A stretch of 64,000 nucleotides of DNA from Anthoceros angustus (Eukaryota > Plantae > Anthocerotophyta): NCBI GenBank assembly GCA_010909165.1, contig MU008153.1, positions 744,001-808,000 of the forward strand. The letters are read 5' to 3'. Both the position numbers and the translations under genes were made by a program. Of this stretch, positions 48,939-61,574 are shown one piece after another. The notes under the pieces were generated by a model, which saw only the letters and a list, made by a program, of their open reading frames with translations, ran no database searches and was not told where the DNA came from. How positions within the stretch are numbered: position 1 is the first letter of the stretch; each line of letters opens with the position of its first letter.

Positions 48939-50163
48939 ATGCGTCAATCCGTATTATATCGAAGTGTCCAGGAGGAGATATGGCGACGCCAGATAGGAGA
49001 CCTTCGACCCGAGGCATTTTTGTGTAAAATTGGAGGTTGCCTGGTACGGTTGGAGGAACACTGAATTCCAGGCGGCGTTTTTCTCCGGCTTTCCAGCTGA
49101 TTTGCTGAAACCTAAGGTTGGCCTTGGTGATGCAGGACCTTATTCAGCGCCTCGAGCAGTTTGCTAACCTGGAGTATCATGAAGGATGTGTAAATACCGT
49201 GCACTTTAGTCCATGACTCAGGCCATGAAAGCTATGTCTTTCAGGCCAGAATCTTGCCATTCTCTGATGATTAACATGTCATCAGCTGTGGCGCAGATGG
49301 CCAGGTACTGGTCAAGATTTGTGGTTTTTCTCATTAGGTGTTACTGTACTAGTACCGTCTTGCTTATTTGGCAAAAAGTGTTCTTTATCTAACCTTGTTT
49401 CGCTTGCCTTTGCTGAAACTCTTTTTTGATCTGGCTGTGGGTTTGCAGTATGATCTACCAGAGAGCAAAACTGCGAAGCTGTTCACTTGTAAACCTATTC
49501 ATTCCTCGAAGCACAGGAGGCATCATAGTACTGTCCGCCTGAATGCAATAGTAACTAATCCACGAAACCCCAACTATTTTTCTGTCTGGGGATCAGGTGA
49601 GTACGCCAGGGTATACGAGATCCGTAGAGTGGATGCGGATGCATCTAGTGCCAAATCAAAACCAGTTGAGGTGTTTGCTCCAGCTCATTTTGTTGGAGCG
49701 GTGCTGGAGCGGTTACCATCACATGTGTGGCGTACTCTTTGCAAGAGGAGCTCCTGGTCTCTTACAATGATGAGCAAATATACCTGTTTGACAAAGATAT
49801 GGGCCTGGGACCGGGATTGAGTAGACAGTGCTTTATAGAGGCTGTGTGCTGGAAATCTGCTGCTGTACAACGAAGGAAGTGGTTGGTTGCATGATGGAAC
49901 TATTTATCGCTGCATTAGCTCTGTAGGTGATGGAGGTGAACAGACGTCGGAGGGAGGACCGGGGTCACATATCCCTGACACCAGATGCGATCATGTATGT
50001 CTTGCGCCTTCAGTGCCGGCAAGCTCAAAGTGACATGGAACAATGGAGTTACTCTCGAATGGAATATGAGGCGGATGAGGATGACTATCTGAGCAACTTC
50101 TACGAGGACGATGACTCTTCTGATGAAGGTAGTAGCCATGTGCGTCTGCGGCGAGTGTATTAA
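48939..50163 (+). pseudogene. DCAF8/WDR42A-like WD40 pseudogene (intron-retaining, internally deleted)
   Basis: EIWRRQIG...; LIQRLEQFANLEYHEGCVNTVHFSP*; SGHESYVFQARILPFSDD*HVISCGADGQ; VRLNAIVTNPRNPNYF...EYARVYEIR; ITCVAYS.QEELLVSYNDEQIYLFDKDMGLG. In-frame stops, frameshifts and missing WD40 blades. Confidence 0.82.
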
Positions 50164-53029
50164 AAGTTGAGGAACACTGTACGTCTGTAGATAGATGTCG
50201 CACAGCTACTGCCGGCTGTAGGCAGATAGCAGTGTGTAAATATCAGGGCAATTGTCATGACAACGTGGTGGCGATGGTATGGCTTGAAACAATCTAAGCC
50301 TCAGTTAGTACCAGACGTTGTTTGTTGCGGATGGTAGGGAAATGGTGTTGGATTGGGAAATCGGAATGAGGGTCTAATCTGAAAGTGGAGCAAGTAAATG
50401 ATGCCGCCTTTTATGTTGAGAGAGGCTCGCTTAGAGCCACTGTGAACAACCCAGAAGGTTGAGCCTTTAGCCTAGTTGGACAAGCCATGTAGATATGGCA
50501 AACAAAATCTGTTGGAAAGGCAGGAAGGCGAAGCCTACCAGCCCCTTTCTGGTGCTGGGGTGAAGTAACATTACAGAGCTCACAAGCTTGATTGTTTCAT
50601 ATTGTGGCCTCAGAGGCTTTGTCCATGTAGAGTACTGCTTCTCCTTTAATGCTGGTGAAACGTGCGAAGTTAGACTCGCTATTACGTGCTGTTGTAGACT
50701 ACTGTTGCTGAACGTTCTCTCCATTCTTGCACGTGGTTGGCAGAAGTCACTGTGTTGTTGTTTCCTTGCGCAGGTACTGTTGCATGTACATATGTAAGAA
50801 ATGTTGTGCAAGGCCAAGCAGGTATCTTGGGGTCCGGTCCTGTCTGTCTTAGTCTCGGTCACCTAATGCGTAGGGCCTGTTCCTCATCTCAGGAACTTCT
50901 CAGAAACATGAGTGGTGCTGCTCTGCTGCCAGCGGTATCTGCAAGGGGACTGAAAGTGATGCTTCAGGGAGCATGAAGAACGAGTCCGAATGACAATGCT
51001 GGTGCGTGCACCTGTCTAGAGCCTTGGAAATGCGGAATGTGCCCAGGTGCTGCCCAGACAGATCCTCAACCAGGGGAGGAGCTTGAAGCCAAAATGCCAA
51101 GTGGCTTCGGAACGTAAATACTTGCAGAACGAAAGTTCGCTAAGACATCGCCATAGTGACGCAGGGTAGCAGAGTCAAGTAGACGGTAGGTGGGACATGT
51201 ATGTAAGATACTGGCCGGCCTTGTGAATATTGGTTTTTAAATCCGTTGGCTGCAGCCCAGCACTGGCAGTCCGGACGTCAGCCCAGCCATCCACAGCCAC
51301 TGATTCCTCTCGGTCAGAGCGCGTGACACTGCTCATCACTCAAACTCGCACTTGCCGAATACGCTTCTTTGATTGGAAGACCTTTTCTTTGTGCTTAAAC
51401 ATGGTTACGGTTTTAGCTGACAAGTTTTGTGTGTGGAGAGCAGGGTACTGGCAGGGTTCTCCACCTGCATATGTACATGCATATGTATGTACGTTCTGTG
51501 AACGCATTTTTCTGGGTGCGTGTCTTGCACCTGCATGTATGCTTGCTGAATTACTAGTCCGGACGAATTTTTCTGTGTGCGGGTCTGGCATGTGCATGTA
51601 TGTTTGCTGAATTACCTGTACGGGTTATGCATTGTGACTGGAGGAATTGAACTTCAGGGGGTTTTCATCTTCATGTGCGTTCGCTGGATTTACTAATACG
51701 CCATGTGTATTGTGACTGCAGATCAGGGTTTTGCACCTGCTTCTTGTAGTTTGCTCGCTGAATTCACTCACATATACAGGTTATGTACTGTGACTGCAGG
51801 AGGAACTGTTATCATTGATGCAATTCAATTCAATTCAATTCAATGCAATGCAATGCAAGGATGGTCTCGCTCGGTAGAACTCGGAAGAATTGATGTGGTG
51901 GATGAAGGGGCAGCAGCAGGGGACTAGGACGATGGTGCTATATTTGGGGGGGATTAACGCGGACTACGTATTTTGACAGCGCATGGTTTTACATGGGCAT
52001 GTTCCAGATGTCGGGTGATTTCACTAGCATGTACGGGTCATCCAGACTGACGGGATCGAAACAGTGGTGCGGTGGGTCACAGGTGTGCTACAGTCGATAT
52101 GGTGTCGCAAGCGGCTCAAGTGTCCGGGCGGGGCAGCGGGGGCTGCTGCAGTGCAGCTCGCTTCGTAGCTTCAGCAGGGCGGCTCTTGGGGAACATTTGG
52201 CAGGCAGCAGGCAGGCAGCAGGCAGGCAGGCAAGGCGGACGGAGGCAGGGCAGGAGGGCAGCGCAGCGCAGCCCATGCCTACTGTGTTACATGTACCTAT
52301 GTGCAAAGAAAAGTCATATTTGTTGGGTTGTTAGTGACAACAGAGGAACAGTGCCGTCTGTATCGTGCCTTGTGTGCCATTTGATAAGTACATGAAGGCT
52401 ACGGACAACAAAAGAAGTGGGCATCGGATGACGAGGGATGGAGACGCGCTGCGCAGCCACAGCAGAAATGAATGCAGCTTACCTCGCTTCCCAGGCCAAG
52501 CGCGTGCACCCGCGCGTGCTTCGTTTTGCAGATTGAGATATTAAATGCTCGCCCCTGCGGGCCTTCCAGCTGCTGCATGCGCATGCGCATGCGCATGCCA
52601 TGGCCATGGCGACCTGGATGTGGGATCAGATGCTGGCATATCGAATGGGCATCGTCCAAGCGCTGGAAGCAGCGCACGAAAGGAACGCGAAACCAGGAAG
52701 CCAGGCAGGAGCAGCCCGGCTGCGACACGATGACCTACCGCTGCGTCAGCATAACACGACCGGCAACAGTACCGTTTGATCCCTCCTAGCTCCCAACCTC
52801 TCGCGGAGCGGCTAGAAAAACACCTGAAGCAGGCGCCGTGGGAAAACGAAGCGGAGTGTTTTGGTGAAACTCGCCTTTGCGGCTCGGCGAGAAAGCGTGG
52901 TCAAGGCAGGGGGAATCTGCGGGGTTGGCGTAACGGGACGCGACTTCCGATCTGGAAGCAAGGCAGTTAGCGGCGCTAGCTAGGGGCTAGGCTGGAGCTG
53001 GGTTTGGCTGTCTTTGTGTTGCTGCCACT

Positions 53030-53091
53030 GGGACCTGGGACCCGGTACCTGGGACCTGGGACCCGGGACCCGGGACCCGGGACCCGGGACC
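53030..53091 (+). repeat. (GGGACCY)n 7-bp minisatellite
   Basis: gggacctgggacccggtacctgggacctgggacccgggacccgggacccgggacccgggacc. Confidence 0.85.
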
Positions 53092-53138
53092 TTTTCCTTC
53101 CGCCAGTTGGGACCTGTTCCTTCCGCCAGTTGCGGTAC

Positions 53139-53332
53139 CGGCGTTCTTGCATATGTGTGTCCAAAATGGCTTAGGTCCTCCGCGTAGATCGGTACTTGGA
53201 TAGGGTGCCTAAACGGAGTGGATGCCCTTGCCGCAAGTAGCTTAGACACACCATGGCACCAGTGGTTAAGTGTCGAGTCCCATGACAGGAAAATCCCGTC
53301 CAAGTGGACTATACTAAATTTCTTCTTCTTCT
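53139..53332 (+). repeat. Dispersed repeat family with (CTT)n end, copy 2
   Basis: aatggcttagg...ggtacttggatagggtgcct...gatgcccttg...cttagacacaccatgg...gtcccatgacaggaaaatcccgtccaagtggactata...ttcttcttcttc. Confidence 0.75.
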
Positions 53333-54716
53333 CTCCGGGCATCTCTCTCTCCTTGCGCCGCGCGCGAGCAGCGAGCCGCGGGCCTTGCCTTTGCCCTAAT
53401 GGGAGCATGAAGGCACCACCTCTGAGGCTCTGACCATCGCCAGACTCCGACCACATGAAGTGGCTGCGCGCGGACATGGCGCCACGTCTCCGCCTCGCCT
53501 CCTGCTTACGTAGCCCAAGATTCCCTTCGCCTCTGGAAGCTGGTCGACCAGCGGCTCCAAGGCAGTTGAGAGGCAGTTGGCATTCCTATTCCGGAACGAT
53601 GCACTTGAATCGCGGCGTGACCCGCGACTTACAACTCGAATTTCACGTTTGTTAGACCAAGCGCGACCGGTGGAGGTGGATCCCTCTTCCGGTCGATCTC
53701 TTGTCATCGACAGCAAGGAGATTTGGGCAAGTTGTTCTTGTCAAAGGGGGAACACCGCCAACAAGTTGCAAACAGTGCGGGCCGAGTCTCACGCGAACCG
53801 CTGTTGACGAAATATATGAGGGCGGTCTATACAAGGAGTGGACCATTTGCACTCTGATGTTACATCATTTCGCTCTGATATTCCGGATCAGAGAAGAAAG
53901 AGGTCGACCAAAACCTGGACAAAATGAGCTAACAGCAAAGCCTTTTGTGTGTGTTACACCTGCATTTCTTCTTTGAGGAAAGAAGAAGCAGGTGCACACG
54001 TGATAACACTTACGCCTCCAGAGCTAACACTAGCAGCTTACACAACGTTAACCCCGCTTCTAACCTACTAGCATGCCAACTTCTCGCTGCAAAAAACCAT
54101 CAATTCTTACTGAATCTGCTGGTGAAGGGACAGGATGCGAGCAAGCGAACCCAAAAATCCAACCAGGAGAAGTTGAATGCTGCAAAGGTCGGGGAAACAC
54201 ACAGGCCTAATCTAAATCTCCAACAGTGCAATGTCACCTGGATTCAGTGTCGGGCTTCGGATATGGAAAGCCGGAGAGATGTTACTCCCCCATACCCGCA
54301 GCTGATGGAGTCGAACTCGTCGAGGATGCTAGGCCAGGCGGTTCAGGATCGCTACAAAGCGCTCCAACACCAGCAACGTACTTTCATCACATGTGACTCC
54401 CCTCCTCCTTTCGGCGGTCTATTCAGTGCAGTCTTGGAGAGCGGGCCGGGCTGCTTACGCTTCCCGTTGAGGCTGATGAAGGCCGGGGAAGGGGCAAACC
54501 CTCCACCGAAGACCAGGAGTGGCGCCTCAAGTGCTTCCGGCTTCCTCTTCCACATAAGGGCACACCGAATGAAACCAAACATTCAAGCACCTGCGTCGAT
54601 AGTGAACGGGCGCCAGTATGGCAACCTTGAAGCTGCCACACTCCAGCGCCTAGAAAGGTTTCCCCGTTGCCAGCAGCTGAAAGGACTTGGTGACACAGGT
54701 GGATGAGGACCATAAC

Positions 54717-56477
54717 TTACGGCCAATCCCACCACGGGACCGAATTCTGATCGTCCACGGAGAAGAAATAGCTGGACAACTCATCAGGCTGCTGACAAGA
54801 TCCATCTTCAAGCTTCACGCCATGCCGTTGCTGACTCGCATAACTTAGCCCAGGATTCATCAATCTGGGACTGTCGAAGTCATCTTCCAAATGCTGGAAT
54901 GGCGCTTCCATCGCCGCCAGCATGGAGGAAGGGAAAGGGATGTCCGCAATAAGGACCGGCGGCAGAGAGGAGCAAGTCGGGACCTCCGGAGGAGAAGCCA
55001 TGAATCCGCAGCTGGTGACGGTGCTCGCGCAGCTGCCTGAAGACCAATTCGGAGCCGGCCCGGAGATGTCAGTGGACGCTGCAGTCGGGGAGTTCTGTTG
55101 CAAGAGAGGCAAGAGCTTGCCGTAGTCGCTTTCAACAGTCTGGTGAGGGCTATCTACATTGGACATGCCGCTGTTCACAGAGTTGCAAGTGTCGGAGCTG
55201 TGAGGACTACCTCGTCCGCACGCGCCATATCCCAGGGTATTCCTTGAGTCCTGCGAGTTGTTGTTGCCGGAGGGGAAGTTGGTCACAGACTTGGGACTGA
55301 GCTGGAAATCGCTGGCACTCAAGTCGTTGGCAGGAACGGCAAGCAACTCGGACTTGATCAAGGCCGGCTTGGTAGAAGACGGGCCCGCAGCAGGCACAGT
55401 CTTGGTTGTAGCCACCAGCGCCCCGTCCGTCGGGGCAACAGCTTTCGACGGACTGGCGTGCGGGTCGGCCACTTTGTTCGTCTTGTCAGGCTCTGAAGAC
55501 GAGTTGGAACACTCCGGCAATGGCTCGTCCCTGGCAGGCGATTTGTCACGAGACAGGCGCTTCACCTGATGACACACACAACAAAGGCCGGCTACGTCAG
55601 CACCACGACATCAAAGCGCCTCCTCGCTTACGTGCTCGCTCAGGCAGCACACAAGACCATAACAGACAAGAGAAGCAACAACAACAACAAACTCGACACA
55701 TAACAAAGCAAGCAACGAGCAAAAGGCAAAAAAAACAACGACGACGTCATCCTCCACTTCCTTCCTACCTCTTCCACGAGTCTGTCCTTCTCCTCCATAA
55801 GCGTGCTGTAGTCTCCCTTCAAAGCATCGTAGTCCGCCTTGAGCAGCTCGTAGTCCTTCTCCAGCTGTTTTGTTTTCCAGCGCGCCCGCCGGTTCTGGAA
55901 CCACACCGCGACCTGGCGCGGCTGCAGTCCCAAATCTCTGGCCAGCTGCATTTTCCTCTCCGGCTCCAATTTGTTCTCCATCTCGAAATTCTTCTCCAGA
56001 GACCGCACCTGCTCCGCCGTCAGCCTGCGCTTCTTCTCCGCAGGCTGCCCCAGGTCATCCCCGCCGTCCTCATCTCCGGTCTCCTCCGGCGACGTCTCGA
56101 ACAGCGTAGGATAGCTAAACGGCCGCTTCAAATTGGTGCCGCTAGGACTGGCATTCGAGCTCTGATGCGGCATCACTCCCTCCTCCAACACTCCCTTACC
56201 TGCAATCAAGCATCCGCACAATCAGCGCAATCACTCAACCAGATTCCACACAATGCCGCTTCCCCCGCAGCCAATGTTTGCAATTGCTCTCCCTACTTCA
56301 CTCACTTCCTCACTCCCACAGCCGCAGCGGGCTGCCGTTACCTGCAGAATGGCCGGCCCCCGCCCTGGACGACAACATAGCCACCAGCGTATCGGTTGAG
56401 CTGCTCTCGCTCCTGTGCATCATCTGCAGCATCCCCCCGGCACCGTTGTAGGACGCAAGCGCATTCCCGCTGGCCAT
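54717..56477 (-). CDS. Homeodomain-leucine zipper class I transcription factor (~471 aa); exons 56477-56342, 56199-55769, 55565-54717
   Basis: [63 protein letters not shown] followed by a zipper. Acidic/aromatic C-terminus [16 protein letters not shown]. Two GT-AG introns keep the frame from [12 protein letters not shown]...[11 protein letters not shown]. Confidence 0.95.
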
Positions 56478-57900
56478 CCCTGCGAGATCTCACCCTCCCC
56501 TCCCCTTTCACACTCTCCTCACCCCGGCCTCCAACAAAATGCAACACAATTGCGCGGAAACGCCTCTCTCCCTCAGCCTACACCTCCTCCGCATTGAATC
56601 CGCACAAAACACCGCAATCCGAGAAAGTTCCCCACGGATCGGAGCAACGGCACACCGCAGAGCTACTGAACGCGAGCTCTCTCCCGGGCCGTGGAACGCA
56701 AACAAAACTCCGAGTCGCGAACTGAAACACAAGTGCAAAGCCAGCCCAGGCCAAATCGCTGCGCTTCCCGTTGCCGCTGGTTGCAGAGTGGCAGGCGGGG
56801 CTTAAGAGGGCAATGCGGACGCGGTGGAAGCACAGGAGGTGGGGGCCCTGGCTGGCTGGTGACGAGACGCAGGCTTCGGGTGGGGAGGAAATAGCCGAGG
56901 AGAGGGCGGGCGGAGAGGAGAGGAGAGGAGAGAGAATTCGGGCTCTGTCCTAGAGAGAGAGTGGGGCGCCCGGCTGGCTGGCCTCTGGCGGCCTGGCCCC
57001 GTGGGCCGTAAGCTGTAAGGGCCAACACAAGCCCTTCTTTTTCCCTTTCCCTTTCCACCCCTTCCCTTCCATTAACGTTGAGCACAAGCATTAAACATCC
57101 CACTTTTTTTAGCCCCGCGATCCTCCTTCGCTCGATTTTGTGCTAACTCCATATCCCGAACTCAATCCCGGACCCTGATCACACTGTCACACCGCATTCC
57201 CTCGGGCTCCCTCCAATTTGGCCAAATCTTCCTTCCCCAAATCTTCCTTCCGACTCACACAAAATAACACCCACCACTTACTCCCCCTTCCCCCTCCCTT
57301 TCCCACATCCAAATAGTCTATACGGTCAATATATCAAATCAACCCCACTTTTGTATGCCCAACCATTTGGTGGGGATATTTTATTATATTTTCACAAATT
57401 AAATATATTCAAATTCAAGTTTATTACCAACTATCTCGCACTCAAGAACTCGCTAGAGCGAGTCCAAAAGATCGATAAATATCAAATAGATAGATCTTAC
57501 ACGCTTCAGAACTTTTTTTTGCTTGTAATGCACTATGAGGAAGTCTAGACGAAAAGCACACATTCATGAAACATGCCTTCAAGTAAGAAGCGACACTTTT
57601 GTCGTTACTACACAACGCCAGTTGCAAGGTCTGGGGCCTTCTTTGTCTTTATCCTTCACAAAAATCATGTGGACGGTGTGGCTATCGTTTTCCTTCCTGT
57701 TTCTGTGGCGCTGCAAGAGCAGCAGTGTCACAGGAAATCAAAGAAAGCTGAGGACAGGAAAGAGGTTCCGTGGGGGAGTACTCCATGTACACTTTTGTAC
57801 AAGGCACAGAAAAAGTTATCTTGCCAGAGTAAAGTATAGAAGGAGGTCGGAACCCCAAGCAATATTACACGCTCGCGCTTCAAGGTTAGTATAAGTCAGT

Positions 57901-58024
57901 CATCGTGGTACTATGGATGCAAGTCATGTGCCCACTAAGAATGGACTAACAAGATCAAGTCATTGTGTTACTATGGATGCAAGTCATATGCCCACTAAGA
58001 ATGGACTCACAAGATCAAGTCATT
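57901..58024 (+). repeat. 60-bp tandem duplication
   Basis: cat.gtg.tactatggatgcaagtcat.tgcccactaagaatggact.acaagatcaagt x2 with 4 mismatches. Confidence 0.85.
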
Positions 58025-59285
58025 CAATGTCCCGCCTTGATTGAACACTACCAAGATCTACGAGACATTCATCTCAACTCTAATCACTTTCATTAAGTAC
58101 CTTCACCCAACTCTCACTTGAATTGAAGTGAATTCAACTGAACCGAACTCAACTAAACGAAGATCTCGTACCCTCTACATCCTAAACATGTACGTATGGT
58201 AACTTGTGTCCTTCTCAAAGTTGAAAAGAGCGGCGCGGCCACCAACCTCGTTGGTGGGTGGAACCTTTCAGAAGGCGACTGAAGCATATATCTCTTGTCT
58301 CAAATCAACCCATCAGGTGTTGGTAGGCGAGGCATGCGCTGCCTATCACACTCATCCCGCATGTGGACACTATGTATAAAGAGACACTTCCTTGTAAGAT
58401 AAAATGAATTATATACCTTGTCTACCTCTAATAAAATCCTCTTGTTTTTCTTGAGAAATTCTCCCACAGCATGTAGACCTGTATTATCCTGCATCAATAA
58501 AAAAAGAGCATTGGCATTCCGAAATAGCCAAGAAAGCAAATCGTCTAAATACGGCATCTCCCGCGAGCGATGCCCTGTCAGAGCGGGACAAAAAGGACGA
58601 TGAGGAAACGAAACGAAGTCGGGCAGTCGCAGAGCGCCGTTCACACGGGCCCGGCCGCGCCCTGTACCCGTACGTGTGGACATAAGTATTTAGACGACGT
58701 CTAAAGAAGGTGGGCCCCACTCGGAGTGAGCTTCTCCCCGTACGTATGCGGGAATGCGCAAAAATCCGTCCAGTAAAGGAAAATAAAACTGTCCAAAATT
58801 CGTACCAGGGAAAGCAATACATAGTCACAGCTGGGAAGTCATGATGCGGTTTCTGTTGGCCCTGGCCTGTGTCATACCATAAGCATATGCCCGCCTGGCT
58901 GGGCTGGGTGGTAGTTGCGCAAAACAATATGCCAGGGCGCAACCACCTTTTCGCCCTGGGCCCGGTTGCCACCAATGAATCGCCTACTAATCCATTTAAC
59001 CCTAAAGTAGATATTTTAAATTATATTACCTACATGCAAACTAGTGGAGGTTCTCCTTAGCTCCCCATCTCACACCGAACCTACTTAGCTAAAACTTAAT
59101 TTGAGAAAATGGATTACCACTTCCATACACATGGATACTTGAATAGATCTATATCTCACTTCTTTCATACCTCATGGCATACATTTTATACACTCCTATC
59201 AATACTATCTAGACACATTAGCCCTTTTAAAAGAGTGAGTCGGTTCCATATACACCCAAGACATAAAAAGAGCTCTGGGAGGCTA

Positions 59286-59837
59286 GAAGAAGAAGAAGAA
59301 GAAGAGTATATTACAGTCCACTTGGACGGAATTTTCCCATCATGGGACTAGGCGCTTAACAACTTGTACCATGGTGTGCCTAAGCTACTTGTACTAAGGG
59401 CATCCACGCCCTTCAGGCACCCCATCGAAGTACCGATCGAAGCTGTCATGGGACTTGGCACTTAACAACTTGTACCATGGTGTGCCTAAGCTACTTGCAC
59501 CAAGGGCATCCACACCCTTCAGGCACCCATCTAAGTACCCACCGAAGCACCTTGTCATGGAACTTGGCACTTAACAACTTGTACCATGGTGTGCCTAAGT
59601 TACTTGTACCAAGGGCATGCACAGCTTCAGGCACCCATCTAAGCACCCATCTAAGTACCCATCTAAGCACCTTGTCATGGGACTTGGCACTTAACAACTT
59701 GTCCCATGGTGTGGCTAAGTACTTGCACCAAGCACATCCACACCCTTCATGCACCCCATCTAAGTACCGATGGAAGCACTAGATGCTTAATAACGGCGTT
59801 CTTATACATGTGTGTGCATTTGGCCTAAGCCATTGGG
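59286..59837 (-). repeat. Dispersed repeat family copy 3, with an internal 106-120-bp unit tandemly amplified x4
   Basis: Units begin catgg(g/a)act at 59341, 59447, 59556 and 59676. There is a (GAA)n run at 59286-59304, i.e. (CTT)n on the minus strand. Confidence 0.85.
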
Positions 59838-60046
59838 ACACACATCTAGACTTAGTATTGCAGGCTTCACCCAGAAAATGAGGCCCTTCCCTCTCCCTCA
59901 AGGAGTTATATATAATATTGCTGGGACTAATCCCCCAAGCTAGGGCCCTCTAGTTGTTCACAAAGCCTCATGGTGGATGGTACTTCCATCCCTGCATACT
60001 CATGAAGTCTCCATACCTCTCATATATAGCATCTAAATATAAATTA

Positions 60047-60049
<3 letters not shown>

Positions 60050-60109
<60 letters not shown>
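60050..60109 (+). repeat. (TAA)~20 microsatellite
   Basis: Uninterrupted taataataa run. Confidence 0.97.
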
Positions 60110-60111
<2 letters not shown>

Positions 60112-60420
60112 TAGGGTGAGTGAGCCCCCGTTGGCACAGCCCTGTGTTACGCCGGGCGAGCGGGCGACCCAGGCCCAGTTGCTGCCGGGAAGGTTGTGGA
60201 ATAGCGCACGCACAAATCCCGATCGGCGTGCATGGGGTGCAATTCGAGCATGTGCGAGTGCGAGTGGCAGTGCGAGTGCGACGCTGACGGAATCGTGGAA
60301 CATAACGGCACACCCGGGACCGCCGTAACAGCCGCGCTTCCCGTGCACGTTCGAACTTACGCGCACTCGACCCGTCACTCAGCATCACTCCACCTCCCGA
60401 GTTCCAGCTCGGCGACCTTC

Positions 60421-61250
60421 CTTCCACCTTCCTCCCCCAAAGTCAACTCAACTTGCTCGGATCATGGGTTATTTTTGGACATTAAAATGTGTGTAACTTA
60501 TTATTTTTATTCAATTAAAAAATAATTATAGAAGTAAAATCCATTACAATTCGGTACAAAAGGAGCACCATCATATACCCACCTACTTTATGTAAGGTCT
60601 TGCAGTAAAGAAAAGAAACCAATGTGCCCCATGTCGATGATCTAGTAATTGATGTCAATAATCTAGTACTAGTAATTGGTGTTGATAATCCAATAATTGG
60701 TAAGTGGGTAGTTGATTAGGAGGCCAAACTTTCCTAGGATTAGAAACAATGTCATACCTTTTCGGGGCACACCCAGCTTCGTCAAGAGAGTTCTTTCCAC
60801 CTTACACCAAAGTCAACTCAACTTGCTCGGCTCATGGGCTATTTGTGTATATTAAAATATGTATATTTCATTATTTTTATTTAACTGAAAAAAGTAATTA
60901 TAGAAGTAAAATCTATCGTGGGGGCTAGTCCCGCTAGCATGGTGCCCTTCATTGGGTTTTTCCCCCTTTGTTTTCGGGGTGGATGGGTTTTTCCTATCTC
61001 TTTTTTATAATAAAGTCTTCCTTTCCCTTAAATCTATTACAATCCGTTAAAAAGGGATCACTATCATGTATTGACCTACTTCATGTCAGGTCTTGCAGGA
61101 AAGAAAAGAAACCAATGCACCCCATGTCGATAATCTAGTGATAGGTAATTGAGCAGTTGATCTATCTAAAACTTATTCATACTATCCTCGGGGTTATAAA
61201 CAATGGCATCCCTTTTTCTGGGCACACCCAACTCCCTGGAGATTTCTTCC
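60421..61250 (+). repeat. Diverged ~370-bp tandem duplication; the second copy carries a 113-bp insertion (60917-61029)
   Basis: Both copies start ttccacctt...ccaaagtcaactcaacttgctcgg and share ggtcttgcag.aaagaaaagaaaccaatg..ccccatgtcgat.atctagt. The insertion is flanked by AAATCTAT at 60909-60916 and 61030-61037. Confidence 0.8.
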
Positions 61251-61510
61251 ATGCGAAACCACCCCATTCAATGGTCGTGATTGTAATCGTTCAGAGGTTC
61301 TCGCAACCCTAATACTTATGTTATATGACCTACTTTTTGTGCATATTATTTAAAATATGTTAATTTCACCACTGTACTTTTTACCACCTTGGCAAAGAAA
61401 AAATATAATACTTTCGTGGAAGGTTCATATATCCCAATGGCTCGGACCAAACTCGTGCCGTTCAACATCCTGCGCTCCGATGAGTCCTCACATGGGGTTT
61501 CTCCAGCACA

Positions 61511-61574
61511 GCATGTACCAAGTCTTATGAAAAGACAAATTCCGTCCACGTGGATTATAAAAGACTTCTTCTTC
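61511..61574 (+). repeat. Dispersed repeat family with (CTT)n end, short terminal fragment (copy 4)
   Basis: atgtaccaagtcttatga...aaattccgtccacgtggattata...cttcttcttc resembles the ends of copies 1-3. Confidence 0.55.

Noticed and set aside
53945-56380. Plus-strand ORFs 53945-54706 (253 aa) and 55520-56380 (286 aa)
   Set aside because: They lie antisense to the HD-Zip I gene or its probable 3' UTR, have non-ATG or weak starts, and show no recognisable domain.
59341-59780. CRISPR-like array
   Set aside because: Whole units are repeated with no unique spacers, there are no cas genes, and the context is eukaryotic. It is a tandem repeat.
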